In this document: positions 1-8,001 of the stretch, piece by piece
How the letters are laid out: each line of letters opens with the position of its first letter
Position numbering within the stretch: position 1 is the first letter of the stretch
NCBI GenBank assembly: GCA_963706795.1
Contig: OY970170.1
Coordinates: 900,001-932,000, forward strand
Length of the DNA: 32,000 bases
Direction: 5' to 3'
Origin: Candidatus Saccharimonadota bacterium
GTDB lineage: Bacteria > Patescibacteriota > Gracilibacteria > BD1-5 > UBA2023
Notes under the pieces: model-generated
Database searches by the model: none
Seen by the model: the letters and a program-made list of their open reading frames with translations, nothing else
Told to the model about the DNA's origin: nothing
Position numbers and translations under genes: made by a program

Positions 1-323
1 TCAGCGCGAGAAACATTTTCCTTGATGTTTCCTCCGTTGTCTGCGAGAGCCTTAGCTTCAGCAAGACCGAGACCAGTAATTTCGCGAATAACCTTGATTA
101 CAGCGATCTTAGCTCCTCCTGCGCTTGTCATAACAACATTAACAGTTGTCTTCTCTTCGTCAGCGGCTGCTGCTCCGGCTCCTGCTGCTGCTACTGGAGC
201 TGCTGCAGAAACTCCGAATTTCTCTTCCATTGCTGAAACGAGATCTGCGAGTTCAACGATTGTGAGGGTCTCAACGAGATCCATGATCTTCTGCGCGTTT
301 GCGCTGAGTGTAACTTCTGACAT
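1..323 (-). CDS. rplL: 50S ribosomal protein L7/L12 (3' end runs off the window start)
   Basis: Minus-strand ATG at 321-323. It is absent from the ORF track because no stop lies inside the window. My translation is [48 protein letters not shown]...[32 protein letters not shown]. This shows the L7/L12 N-terminal helix, Ala-rich hinge and C-terminal domain. It lies directly downstream of rplJ. Confidence 0.9.
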   Translation of the reverse strand, partial: MSEVTLSANAQKIMDLVETLTIVELADLVSAMEEKFGVSAAAPVAAAGAGAAAADEEKTTVNVVMTSAGGAKIAVIKVIREITGLGLAEAKALADNGGNIKENVSRA

Positions 324-402
324 AGACAAAAAGTGAAATAAGTAACGATTTGGCGAGGAATCTCCTCGTCAGAGCCTTCCCGAAGGAAAACTCTAGACGA
401 AA

Positions 403-1089
403 TTATTCAGCAGCGGGAGCTTCAACTGGAGCTTCTGCAGGAGTTTCAGCTACAGCTTCTGGAGCTGGTGCCTCTGCTTCTACGGCTGGAGTTTCGGCAA
501 CTACTTCGGCTACTGGAGCTGGAGTAGGAGCGGCAACTGGTGCAGCTGCCATGGCCTTTGTGAGGTCACCAACAGTCGTACCACCCTTTGTTCCGATATC
601 AGTCTTTGCAGCATCGAAGAATCGTGCAAGTGCAGAGAGAGGAGACATCATAGAACCGAGGAGCTTCGCGAGGAGAACTTCACGTGAAGGAAGACTTGCG
701 AGCTTGGTAGTTTCTTCAGCCCCGAGAACGCGACCGTCGATGTAACCACCCGAGAACTTAATCTTCTGTTCCTTTGCGAATTCCTTTGCGTATCGTCCAA
801 CTACACCGAGTGGAGCGATCTTGTCTTCTTTACAGATGAGAGTCGCAACCTGACCTGGAAGTGAATCAATGTCGAGATCGATATTGAAAACATTCTTGAA
901 TGCAATGCGAACGAGAGTCTTCTTTGCAATCATGTATGTTCCACCGAGTGCGCGGATTTCGTTCTTCATCTTAGAAACTTCGAGAACCGTGAGTTTCTGG
1001 TTTGTAGTGAAAGCAACGCTCTGTGCGTCCTTGAAGTGACCTTCGAGAACTGCGAGAATCGCAACTTTCTGAGCTTTTGATACAGCCAT
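403..1089 (-). CDS. rplJ: 50S ribosomal protein L10 with a ~50-aa Ala/Pro/Glu-rich C-terminal tail
   Basis: 228-aa ORF (MAVSKAQKVAILAVLEGHFKDAQSVAFTTNQKLTVLEVSKMKNEIRALGGTYMIAKKTLVRIAF...) with an L10-like sequence and the rplJ-rplL order. It ends at TAA and has no in-frame TGA. Confidence 0.9.
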   Translation of the reverse strand: MAVSKAQKVAILAVLEGHFKDAQSVAFTTNQKLTVLEVSKMKNEIRALGGTYMIAKKTLVRIAFKNVFNIDLDIDSLPGQVATLICKEDKIAPLGVVGRYAKEFAKEQKIKFSGGYIDGRVLGAEETTKLASLPSREVLLAKLLGSMMSPLSALARFFDAAKTDIGTKGGTTVGDLTKAMAAAPVAAPTPAPVAEVVAETPAVEAEAPAPEAVAETPAEAPVEAPAAE

Positions 1090-1300
1090 GAAATGGATAT
1101 TAGATATTGGATCCTTCGGTCAGTCAGAACAAAAAAATTCGTGACATCGCACGAACAAGAAATCCCATACTGGGAAAATTCAATAGAATTGCTCTTGTCT
1201 CGGGAGGGCTTACGGATGCCTCCTGTCTGCGACTGACTTAGAAAGTCGGGGATTAGTATAGAGAAATATTTATGAAGTCAAATTTTGACTTCTAGCCAGC
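1090..1300 (-). promoter_or_regulatory. rplJL upstream leader/promoter region (possible L10-leader-type 5' UTR)
   Basis: A 255-nt non-coding gap lies upstream of rplJ. On the minus strand it contains TTGACT, 15-17 nt, then TATACT/TACTAA (about 1282-1255). An imperfect GGAGGC...GCCCTCC stem lies at about 1205-1235. The leader assignment rests only on position and on knowledge that rplJ operons are autoregulated through a 5' leader. Confidence 0.25.
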
Positions 1301-1344
1301 TTGGGCGATACTTATGACGTGCTTTTAACCAAAGGGAGGATAGC

Positions 1345-1743
1345 ATGGAACAATGGAATATAGGAATTGTTTTCACTGTAGTACTCTGTTTCGGATTGAT
1401 CGTTGCAGCCTTGTTTCTGAATAAGGCAAAAATAACATTTATCTACCGGCCTGGTGCAAATTTTTTACCAAGCTTTAAGACCTCTCCATCTGCTGATGTC
1501 GTTGTTCAGATATATTCTTATGAAATATCTCAGCTTCAGGAAGCGATGGAAAAACAGAATAAAGATGTTTTTTCTGTTGAAATGTTGGTTCAAAAATGTG
1601 GCATGACGGAGCTCTTTGCACGTCACTTTATTCAGAAGCTATTAGATACTGGCATGCTTCGTTGTGATGCCACTTCTGATGGCAAAAATACGATGTATTC
1701 ATTCGTGATGTCTGATTTTCAGTCGCTACGGATTGCAGCCTAA
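1345..1743 (+). CDS. hypothetical small membrane-anchored protein (one N-terminal TM helix plus a soluble C-terminal domain)
   Basis: 132-aa ORF with an AAGGGAGG SD 6 nt before the ATG. It has a hydrophobic N-terminus (IGIVFTVVLCFGLIVAALFL), a TAA stop and its own terminator. Confidence 0.6.
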   Translation: MEQWNIGIVFTVVLCFGLIVAALFLNKAKITFIYRPGANFLPSFKTSPSADVVVQIYSYEISQLQEAMEKQNKDVFSVEMLVQKCGMTELFARHFIQKLLDTGMLRCDATSDGKNTMYSFVMSDFQSLRIAA

Positions 1744-1755
1744 AAGGAGGGAATT

Positions 1756-1787
1756 AAAAAAGTCGTATTTCGGTACGGCTTTTTTAA
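1756..1787 (+). terminator. intrinsic terminator
   Basis: aaaaAGTCGTAtttcggTACGGCTttttt: a 7-bp stem (one G-U pair) followed by a T-run, 13 nt after the stop. Confidence 0.6.
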
Positions 1788-1897
1788 TTGCTTATAGACA
1801 AGCGTAGAGGATTCTGTTTGACTTTTTGCATATCATGATCATATTGTCGGGGTTGTATCATACGACATCAAACAAACATCAACTCAAGGAGAATTAC

Positions 1898-2299
1898 ATG
1901 AATCAATTCATCGCTTTTCTCGTAAATATCTGGTTGGAACAAAAGATAGCACTCAGCTGTCTCGGAATCTCTGTGGTATTTGTCACAGCATGTGTCGCAT
2001 ATAATGTATGGCATGCACACCAAACCAGGCTGCAAATTGCAAATCGCATCTACGATCGCGCTGTTGCTGGCACAAATCAGCCAAAATTCGCCAACATGAC
2101 AGACATTTGTCTCGAAGCTGCCGATATAATACGAGCACACAAGCTGGACTCTCAATCAGTAGCAATGCTCATTGGCAAATTGGTTCAATGTGGGCAACTC
2201 GTCATCGAGACACCCAATGGCATAGCGCACTATCGCAGGCCAAATACGCCAACTATTGCACGTACCGTGCTCTGGTTTGCGAGCCGAGCGCGCAGTTAA
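1898..2299 (+). CDS. hypothetical small membrane-anchored protein, same architecture as 1345..1743
   Basis: ATG at 1898 is preceded by an AAGGAG SD; the ORF-track start at 1826 has none. It has a TM helix (IALSCLGISVVFVTACVAYNVW) followed by a soluble domain, and a TAA stop. Confidence 0.55.
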   Translation: MNQFIAFLVNIWLEQKIALSCLGISVVFVTACVAYNVWHAHQTRLQIANRIYDRAVAGTNQPKFANMTDICLEAADIIRAHKLDSQSVAMLIGKLVQCGQLVIETPNGIAHYRRPNTPTIARTVLWFASRARS

Positions 2300-2317
2300 A
2301 AAATTTCTAAAGGAGAA

Positions 2318-2354
2318 ATAAAAAAATCCCCTTCATTCGTGAAGGGGATTTTTC
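2318..2354. terminator. bidirectional intrinsic terminator between convergent genes
   Basis: aaaaaaaaaTCCCCTTCattcgtGAAGGGGAttttt: an 8-bp GC-rich stem flanked by an A-run and a T-run. Confidence 0.75.
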
Positions 2355-2891
2355 TTAGACTTCGTCTTTTGGATACTGCTCTAATTTGAGGGTATTCAGT
2401 GCATCAATCATGGAGGCATCAGGGATATCAAGCTCACGGAAGGCCACGCATTCGATTCCGGCTGCCTCAAACATATGACGTACGGCTCGATTTTCGGAAG
2501 CGTGGTGAGGTTTGATATTGAGATAGACTACGCGTTTAATGCCTGATTGGACAATCGTTTGAGCGCAGTTCGCACATGGGAAGAGAGTTGCATATATATG
2601 CGAGCCTTTGAGATTTCTACCAAATGCGTTATAGATCGCATTGCGTTCAGCATGTACGACATAGGTGTGTTTAGAATGCTCAATATCTGAGTCATCTTCG
2701 TCATTCCAAAAACGTGGATCATTGTCATCGCATCCATGCGTGAGCCCGTTATAGCCAATTCCGATAATACGCTTGTCAGTATCTATAACGCACGAACCAT
2801 TTGGTGTTTTCGAATCTTTTGATCTGAATGAAGAGAGAAATGCTGTGGACATAAAATATGCTTCCCAGCTCATTCGCTGTCCTTTTTCCAT
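2355..2891 (-). CDS. deoxycytidylate (dCMP) deaminase, zinc-dependent cytidine/deoxycytidylate deaminase family
   Basis: HAERNA and PCANCA zinc-binding motifs, plus SWEAYFM...IIGIGYNG. The start is ambiguous (2912, 2891 or 2873). The ATG at 2891 lies 7 nt after the upstream TAA. Confidence 0.85.
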   Translation of the reverse strand: MEKGQRMSWEAYFMSTAFLSSFRSKDSKTPNGSCVIDTDKRIIGIGYNGLTHGCDDNDPRFWNDEDDSDIEHSKHTYVVHAERNAIYNAFGRNLKGSHIYATLFPCANCAQTIVQSGIKRVVYLNIKPHHASENRAVRHMFEAAGIECVAFRELDIPDASMIDALNTLKLEQYPKDEV

Positions 2892-2898
2892 GGGATTT

Positions 2899-3258
2899 TT
2901 AGATAATCGCAATGAGGATTTCTTCGCGGATGATCTTGGCGAGATCGATCGTGTTATTTTTCATATTAATGAGTCCGATGTCGTCAGGAGCGAGTGGATC
3001 GTAGTTCGTTTTAAAGAGGCGATCGAATTGGTCGATTTCGAGCTCAAAAGTATTGCCTTCGTATTCGGCAAGACAGGTGAGTGCTTTAACGATGACTTCC
3101 ACGCCGTCATCTACTGCGATGAGGGTGAGAGTAAAATTAAGCGGACCAATAATCACGAGATCTTCGTAGAGAGTTGGAGGAACTGGACCTTCAAATTTAT
3201 GAGTTTGCGAGTCACCCGCATAAGTTTCGAGGAGTGGACCGACGTTGATATCGAACAT
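2899..3258 (-). CDS. DUF177/YceD-like protein, short form without the C-terminal Cys cluster
   Basis: 119 aa. The C-terminal IDLAKIIREEILIAI resembles the conserved DUF177 'IDL..hIrE.hlL..P' segment. A genuine TAA follows, so the usual Cys-rich tail is absent. Recognition is by motif memory only. Confidence 0.45.
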   Translation of the reverse strand: MFDINVGPLLETYAGDSQTHKFEGPVPPTLYEDLVIIGPLNFTLTLIAVDDGVEVIVKALTCLAEYEGNTFELEIDQFDRLFKTNYDPLAPDDIGLINMKNNTIDLAKIIREEILIAII

Positions 3259-3296
3259 GAGATTAATTTTGAGTTGCGGATAATATTCCCCCTGAT

Positions 3297-4319
3297 TTAA
3301 CTTTGAGAAATTAAATGATTCTTCTTATCAAGAATTTCGCCAGATTCGCTCATAGTGAATGTCCATTCGAACTGTTTTCCTTTTATGAGATCGTCCAGCC
3401 AGTATACGTCATCCTTCCACATTTGGTCGTAGGGAATATCTGCGATATTGAACCAATTTGGATTCATTTCCTCGGATTCTAGGGGCTCTGGTCCTGTATA
3501 TTGTCTGCTGCGGTAGACATGACAGTCTTGATTCCACTTGGGTTCGTGAGGAAAACGAAAATGTAGGAGTCCGCTTACTTCGAATTTCTCGGTAGGGATT
3601 ACGAGTCCTGTTTCTTCGGTTAACTCTCTCGTAGCTCCGTCTATGACAGATTCAGCAGAAAGCACTTTTCCGCCAGCGCCATTCCAGTTTCCGGCACCAA
3701 ATCCACGCTTTTTCATCGCGAGAAGTATTTGGTCTTTGGTGTTGAACACAAATGCGAGTGTGCTGATCTGTGGCGGAGACTCGGGAACAACTTCTTGTGT
3801 TCCATAGAAATGCTCTACGATCCAACCAAGATCACCCTTGCTGTTTGGTTCACTTGGAAGTCGTGCGAGGAGCTCGTTTGGGTCCATCCAAAGCCATTCG
3901 TGCCATTCTTTGGGATCAACAAAGGGGATTTCACCCAGTTTGATCTCATATCCCATGGACATCGAGTGAAGCTCGGGATAATCAAATGGACTCAGTTTGC
4001 CCAGGACACGAACTTTATGATCACTTGGATGGATACCGAGTTCTTCGTGTGTTTCTCGAGCAAAAGCTTCGTCATATGTCTCTCCACTGCTGACATGTCC
4101 GCAGGCACTAAAATCGAGTCCACCAGGGAATTTCTTTTTATGGTAGGCTCTGCGAGGAATGCCGAGTTCTCCGGCGTCATTAACGAGCAAGAGATAGACG
4201 CTTCGGATCGTTTGCCCCTGTAGCTGAAGAGCTTCCGGACCACCGTCTGCATAAATATCATCCATGGCACGAGTGTCCACGACGATATCATTTGCATCGA
4301 CGATATCCAGAAGCTCCAT
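3297..4319 (-). CDS. tandem Nudix hydrolase (N-terminal Nudix domain plus C-terminal MutT/MTH1-like domain)
   Basis: Two complete Nudix boxes: GHVSSGETYDEAFARETHEELGI and GGKVLSAESVIDGATRELTEETGLV. The second domain contains KKRGFGAGNWNGAGGKV, which closely resembles the MTH1/NUDT1 signature. Confidence 0.8.
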   Translation of the reverse strand: MELLDIVDANDIVVDTRAMDDIYADGGPEALQLQGQTIRSVYLLLVNDAGELGIPRRAYHKKKFPGGLDFSACGHVSSGETYDEAFARETHEELGIHPSDHKVRVLGKLSPFDYPELHSMSMGYEIKLGEIPFVDPKEWHEWLWMDPNELLARLPSEPNSKGDLGWIVEHFYGTQEVVPESPPQISTLAFVFNTKDQILLAMKKRGFGAGNWNGAGGKVLSAESVIDGATRELTEETGLVIPTEKFEVSGLLHFRFPHEPKWNQDCHVYRSRQYTGPEPLESEEMNPNWFNIADIPYDQMWKDDVYWLDDLIKGKQFEWTFTMSESGEILDKKNHLISQS

Positions 4320-4324
4320 AGTAA

Positions 4325-5782
4325 CTAATTGAAGAATCGAATCTTGTCAGCACTTGGATGAGTGCGGAGTTTTTCGAGGGTCTTTGCTTCGATCTGACGA
4401 ACACGCTCACGTGTTACACCGAATTCTTTACCTACTTCTTCGAGAGTGTGGATCTCACCTCCATCGAGACCAAAACGCATTATGATGATTTTGCGCTCAC
4501 GAGGTGTGAGGAAATCGAGCATCTCATAGAGATTTTCTTTGAGAAGAATGAGGTTGGCGCTCTTGTCTGGAGTGAGGTATTTGTCATCTTCGACGAAGTC
4601 TCCGAGGGTAGTGTCTTCTTCTCCACCAACTGGTGAGTCGAGTGAGAGGATATCCTGAGAGATACGCATGATCTGACGAACCTTACGGATGTCCATATCA
4701 AGTTCGAGTGCGAGCTCTTCCATGAGTGGTTCACGTGCAAGTTCCTGTGTGAGTCGGCGGAAAGTATGTGTGAAACGATTGATTGTTTCTACCATATGAA
4801 CCGGTACTCGGATTGTTCGAGCCTGGTCAGCGATTGCACGAGTTACTCCCTGTCGGATCCACCAAGTTGCATATGTCGAGAACTTAAATCCCTTTTCTGG
4901 ATCGAACTTATCCACTGCGCGGAAGAGTCCAACGTTTCCTTCCTGGATGAGGTCGAGGAGTCCAAGACCACGTCCCATGTATTTCTTCGCGATCGAAACT
5001 ACGAGACGAAGATTGGCTTCTGCAAGCTTACGACGTGCTGATTGGTCACCCTTTTTAATGAGTCGTCCGAGACGAACTTCTTCTTCGGCGTCGATGAGTG
5101 GGAATCGTCCGATTTCATTGAGGTACATTCGGATCGAGTCGTCCGAGATTTCTGAGAGATCGATTTCGTGTGGCTTGTCTTCTCCGGCGTGCTTGAAGAG
5201 TTCTTCTTTTTCGAGCGTGTCGACAATATCAACTCCGAGCTTCATAAGTCGGGTATAGATATCATCGAGTTTATCGAGGTCATCTTCGGCATGAGGGAGA
5301 GCGTTCATGAGCTCATCATGTGTGAGCTTTCCTTCCATTTTTCCCTTCTTGAAAAGCAGCTGCATGTTTTCGTCGAGACCCTCGAGGATCTCTGGCGGAA
5401 CACTCACGTCGATAAATTTCTGGAGGCCCTTTCCTACGCGACGCTTGTCCTGTGCACGATCGATTGGGAGACGATTAAGTCCTCGTTCACGTTTTTTTGG
5501 TCGCCCTTCCTCGTCTTCACCATCTTCGTCCTCATCCATGTCATCTTCATCAAATTCGTCTTCTTCCTCATCTTCAAACTCGTCCTCGAGTTCTTCGAGG
5601 ATTTTTTTGTCGATGACCATGTCGTCATCAATAAAGGCAGGGAGTACTTTTTTACCTTTGGATTTTTCGTCCGCAGTTTCGATGAGTGTCTCGATATCAA
5701 GGTCAATGGGTGCTTCCATTGTGGTGAGATCCACCTCTTGAACATCGGCGAGTTTTTTCTTATCGTCGTTCTTCTTTGGCAT
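4325..5782 (-). CDS. rpoD: RNA polymerase primary sigma factor (sigma-70)
   Basis: [60 protein letters not shown] (regions 2-3) and a region 4 HTH ([20 protein letters not shown]). There is an acidic N-terminal insert. The start is taken at MPKKNDD (ATG 5782), 19 nt after the dnaG TAG. No in-frame TGA. Confidence 0.95.
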   Translation of the reverse strand: MPKKNDDKKKLADVQEVDLTTMEAPIDLDIETLIETADEKSKGKKVLPAFIDDDMVIDKKILEELEDEFEDEEEDEFDEDDMDEDEDGEDEEGRPKKRERGLNRLPIDRAQDKRRVGKGLQKFIDVSVPPEILEGLDENMQLLFKKGKMEGKLTHDELMNALPHAEDDLDKLDDIYTRLMKLGVDIVDTLEKEELFKHAGEDKPHEIDLSEISDDSIRMYLNEIGRFPLIDAEEEVRLGRLIKKGDQSARRKLAEANLRLVVSIAKKYMGRGLGLLDLIQEGNVGLFRAVDKFDPEKGFKFSTYATWWIRQGVTRAIADQARTIRVPVHMVETINRFTHTFRRLTQELAREPLMEELALELDMDIRKVRQIMRISQDILSLDSPVGGEEDTTLGDFVEDDKYLTPDKSANLILLKENLYEMLDFLTPRERKIIIMRFGLDGGEIHTLEEVGKEFGVTRERVRQIEAKTLEKLRTHPSADKIRFFN

Positions 5783-5801
5783 TCGCGGACAGGTTATAAC
5801 T

Positions 5802-7475
5802 CTAAATAATCCCAAGTCTTTTTCCCTTTGCAAGGAGACTTGAGTAGGCTACGAGATACTCGTTAGAGTTCTGGTCGTAGTCGCGTTCGAGTGACTTTTT
5901 CTCATCTTCGAAGATGAGTCTCTGAGCTCTTTTGACAAGCTCATGAAATTTTAGGAGAATCGATTCTCTCTGTGCGTCCGTGTTGTCCTCTTCTATAAAG
6001 AAAGTAAGAGCCTTTATGCGATCAGTTTCGTTGTCGGAAGATTTTCCGAGATGAATATCGATGCGGCTTCTTAGGAAGGATGCAGACGGGATCGCATCAA
6101 AGTGCGATTCATTATAGTCGAGTCGCTCCAAAAACAAATCAAATAAATCGTAGGCTTCGATATATCCCGCCAAAATTTCTCAAAAGTCAAAACCCGTGAC
6201 TTCCTGAGGTGCTTCCTCGATCACACGGGGAAGCTTAATATTTTTGTACTCGTGATAGACTGTTTCCTCGTCCAGATCAAGAAAACGTGCCAGTGCCTTC
6301 ATACTCATATCGACCTCAATTCGAGAAGTCATTCGTCTCACATATTTGAGTGCCTCTCGTAAAATCTGCGTCTTACCAATCGCAGATGCGATATCAAATT
6401 TACGGGCTCCGAGCTCAATAAAGAACTGAACAGGCGAAATCGCATGATCGATGCACGCCTGAAAATCACCACCAGATTTTACAAATTCGTCGGGATCTTT
6501 GCCGGATTCGATGCGGATAATTTTGATGTCGACTTCTTCGTTGAGGAGATTTTCGAGGCTCGCGAAGGTCGCATTGACTCAGGCATTATCCGAATCAAGA
6601 CAGAGATAAATCCGATGACTGAGGCGCTTTAAAAATTGCACATGCTCTTTGGTGAGCGCTGTACCGCTGATCGCGACTGTATTGGTAAATCCTGCCTGAT
6701 GAAGCGCAATTGTGTCCATTTGCCCCTCGGCAATGATCACGAATCCCTTTTTGCTGATCTCAGTTTTTGCGAGATTAAGTCCGTAGAGAATTTCACTCTT
6801 ATTAAAAATCCTCGAAGCGGGAGAATTGAGATATTTTGGCTCACCCTGATCAATAATACGACCAGTAAAAGCCACTATATTTCCTGTATAATTCGCGATA
6901 GGGAAGACGATTCGGCCAAAAAATTTATCACGGGATGACGAGACAAAAACACCCGAATCCATGATATCTTTTTCGCTGAATCCCTTCTCCTTGAGGTGAT
7001 AAAAAAGTCCGCGCGAATCGCCCGAATATCCAATCCCAAATTTTTCGAGTGTTTCGCCCGTGAGTCCTCGTTTTTGGATGTAGGTGAGCTTGTCGATATT
7101 TTCTGGCTTGTAGAGGTCTTGTTGATACCAAGAAGCGACCATTTTGTAGAGCTCGTAGATATCAGTTCGGTTCTCACCACGCTCTTTGTAATAGTCAGTT
7201 TTGAGCTCAACTCCGGCTTCTTTGGCGAGGATTTGGATGGCTTCTCGGAATTCGATTTTTTCGACTTCTGAGAGGAATTTTACTGGCCCACCACCGCGAT
7301 GACATGAGAAACAGTAGGCAATATTTTTTGCCGGCGAAATCATAAAAGATGCTGTCTTTTCGTTATGAAAGGGACAGAGTGCCTTGTAATTTGCACCTGC
7401 TTTTTTCATTTGCACGTATCTTCCAGCCAGATCAACGATATTGATCTTGGCATCTATTTCTTGTGAAAGCGACAT
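5802..7475 (-). CDS. dnaG: DNA primase
   Basis: Zinc finger [29 protein letters not shown] and a Toprim domain. ORF-track pieces 6579..7475 and 5802..6173, plus the unlisted middle part, share one frame and are joined by TGA at 6579-6581 and 6180-6182. The first TGA completes the Toprim 'DSDNA-G' (DxDxAG) motif. Confidence 0.9.
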
Positions 7476-7915
7476 GCGCGAGAGTATATTGAGAAAATCT
7501 CGATTGGGAAGCGACTTTGAGCCAAGAAAAAAATCGGCGAGTGATCTGCCGATTTTCTAAAACTGAATGTTCATGCCACGACCCGCGTATCCAGTTCAGC
7601 AAATTTTGCGACCAGTCCGTCGATCATGTTATGAACGAGTTTGCACTGCCCTTGTGCATAATTACCGAAGCACATAATGGCTTCTTCGAGGCTTTCGAGC
7701 AGTCGCTCGCTTGGTTCGCCAAGATTCTTTGTTTCATCGCAGATCTGGGACAATCCTGTCGCGAAGCGTATTTGGTCGCGTTGCACGATTGGTTCGATTC
7801 TTTTCAACAGTGTATCGACAACCCCTTCAATAATATTGACTGCTGGAGAGTTTGGATCCATATTTGCAAGCAATTTCTTGCATGCTTGGACAAGTGCAGA
7901 ATTTCCCTGTGTCAT
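7454..7915 (-). CDS. hypothetical protein downstream of the RT (115 aa to the TGA at 7571; 153 aa if TGA is read as Gly, ending at TAG 7454)
   Basis: Strong SD (AAAAAGGAGGaagtgATG) with the ATG at 7913-7915. The product looks all-helical and acidic (MTQGNSALVQACKKLLANMDPNSPAVNIIEGVVDTLLKRIEPIVQRD...). I recognise no family. The 3' end is uncertain (see findings). Confidence 0.55.
7530..7556 (-). terminator. intrinsic terminator downstream of the RT cassette
   Basis: Minus strand: agAAAATCGGCagatcactcGCCGATTTTtttcttgg. It lies 15 nt after the TGA at 7571-7573. Confidence 0.55.
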
Positions 7916-8001
7916 CACTTCCTCCTTTTTGTTTCGCTCGGATTGAGCGGAGCGATTATGGACAGAAGGATGGCCTTGTCAAAAGGATTTTTGGTCGACG
8001 C

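Noticed and set aside
22-745. Plus-strand ORFs 22..336 and 350..745 (Ala/Ser/Pro-rich).
   Set aside because: They are antisense shadows of rplL and of the rplJ Ala/Pro-rich tail, and both ribosomal proteins are unambiguous on the minus strand.
2773-3300. 175-aa plus-strand ORF.
   Set aside because: It lies antisense to the YceD-like gene and the dCMP-deaminase 5' end. It has no SD and no recognisable motifs.
5168-5809. Plus-strand ORFs 5168..5809 and 5307..5741 (Ser/Phe-rich), and minus-strand ORF 5434..5745.
   Set aside because: They are shadows or off-frame reads of the acidic repeat region of rpoD, and the low-complexity Glu/Asp codons create long open frames on all phases.
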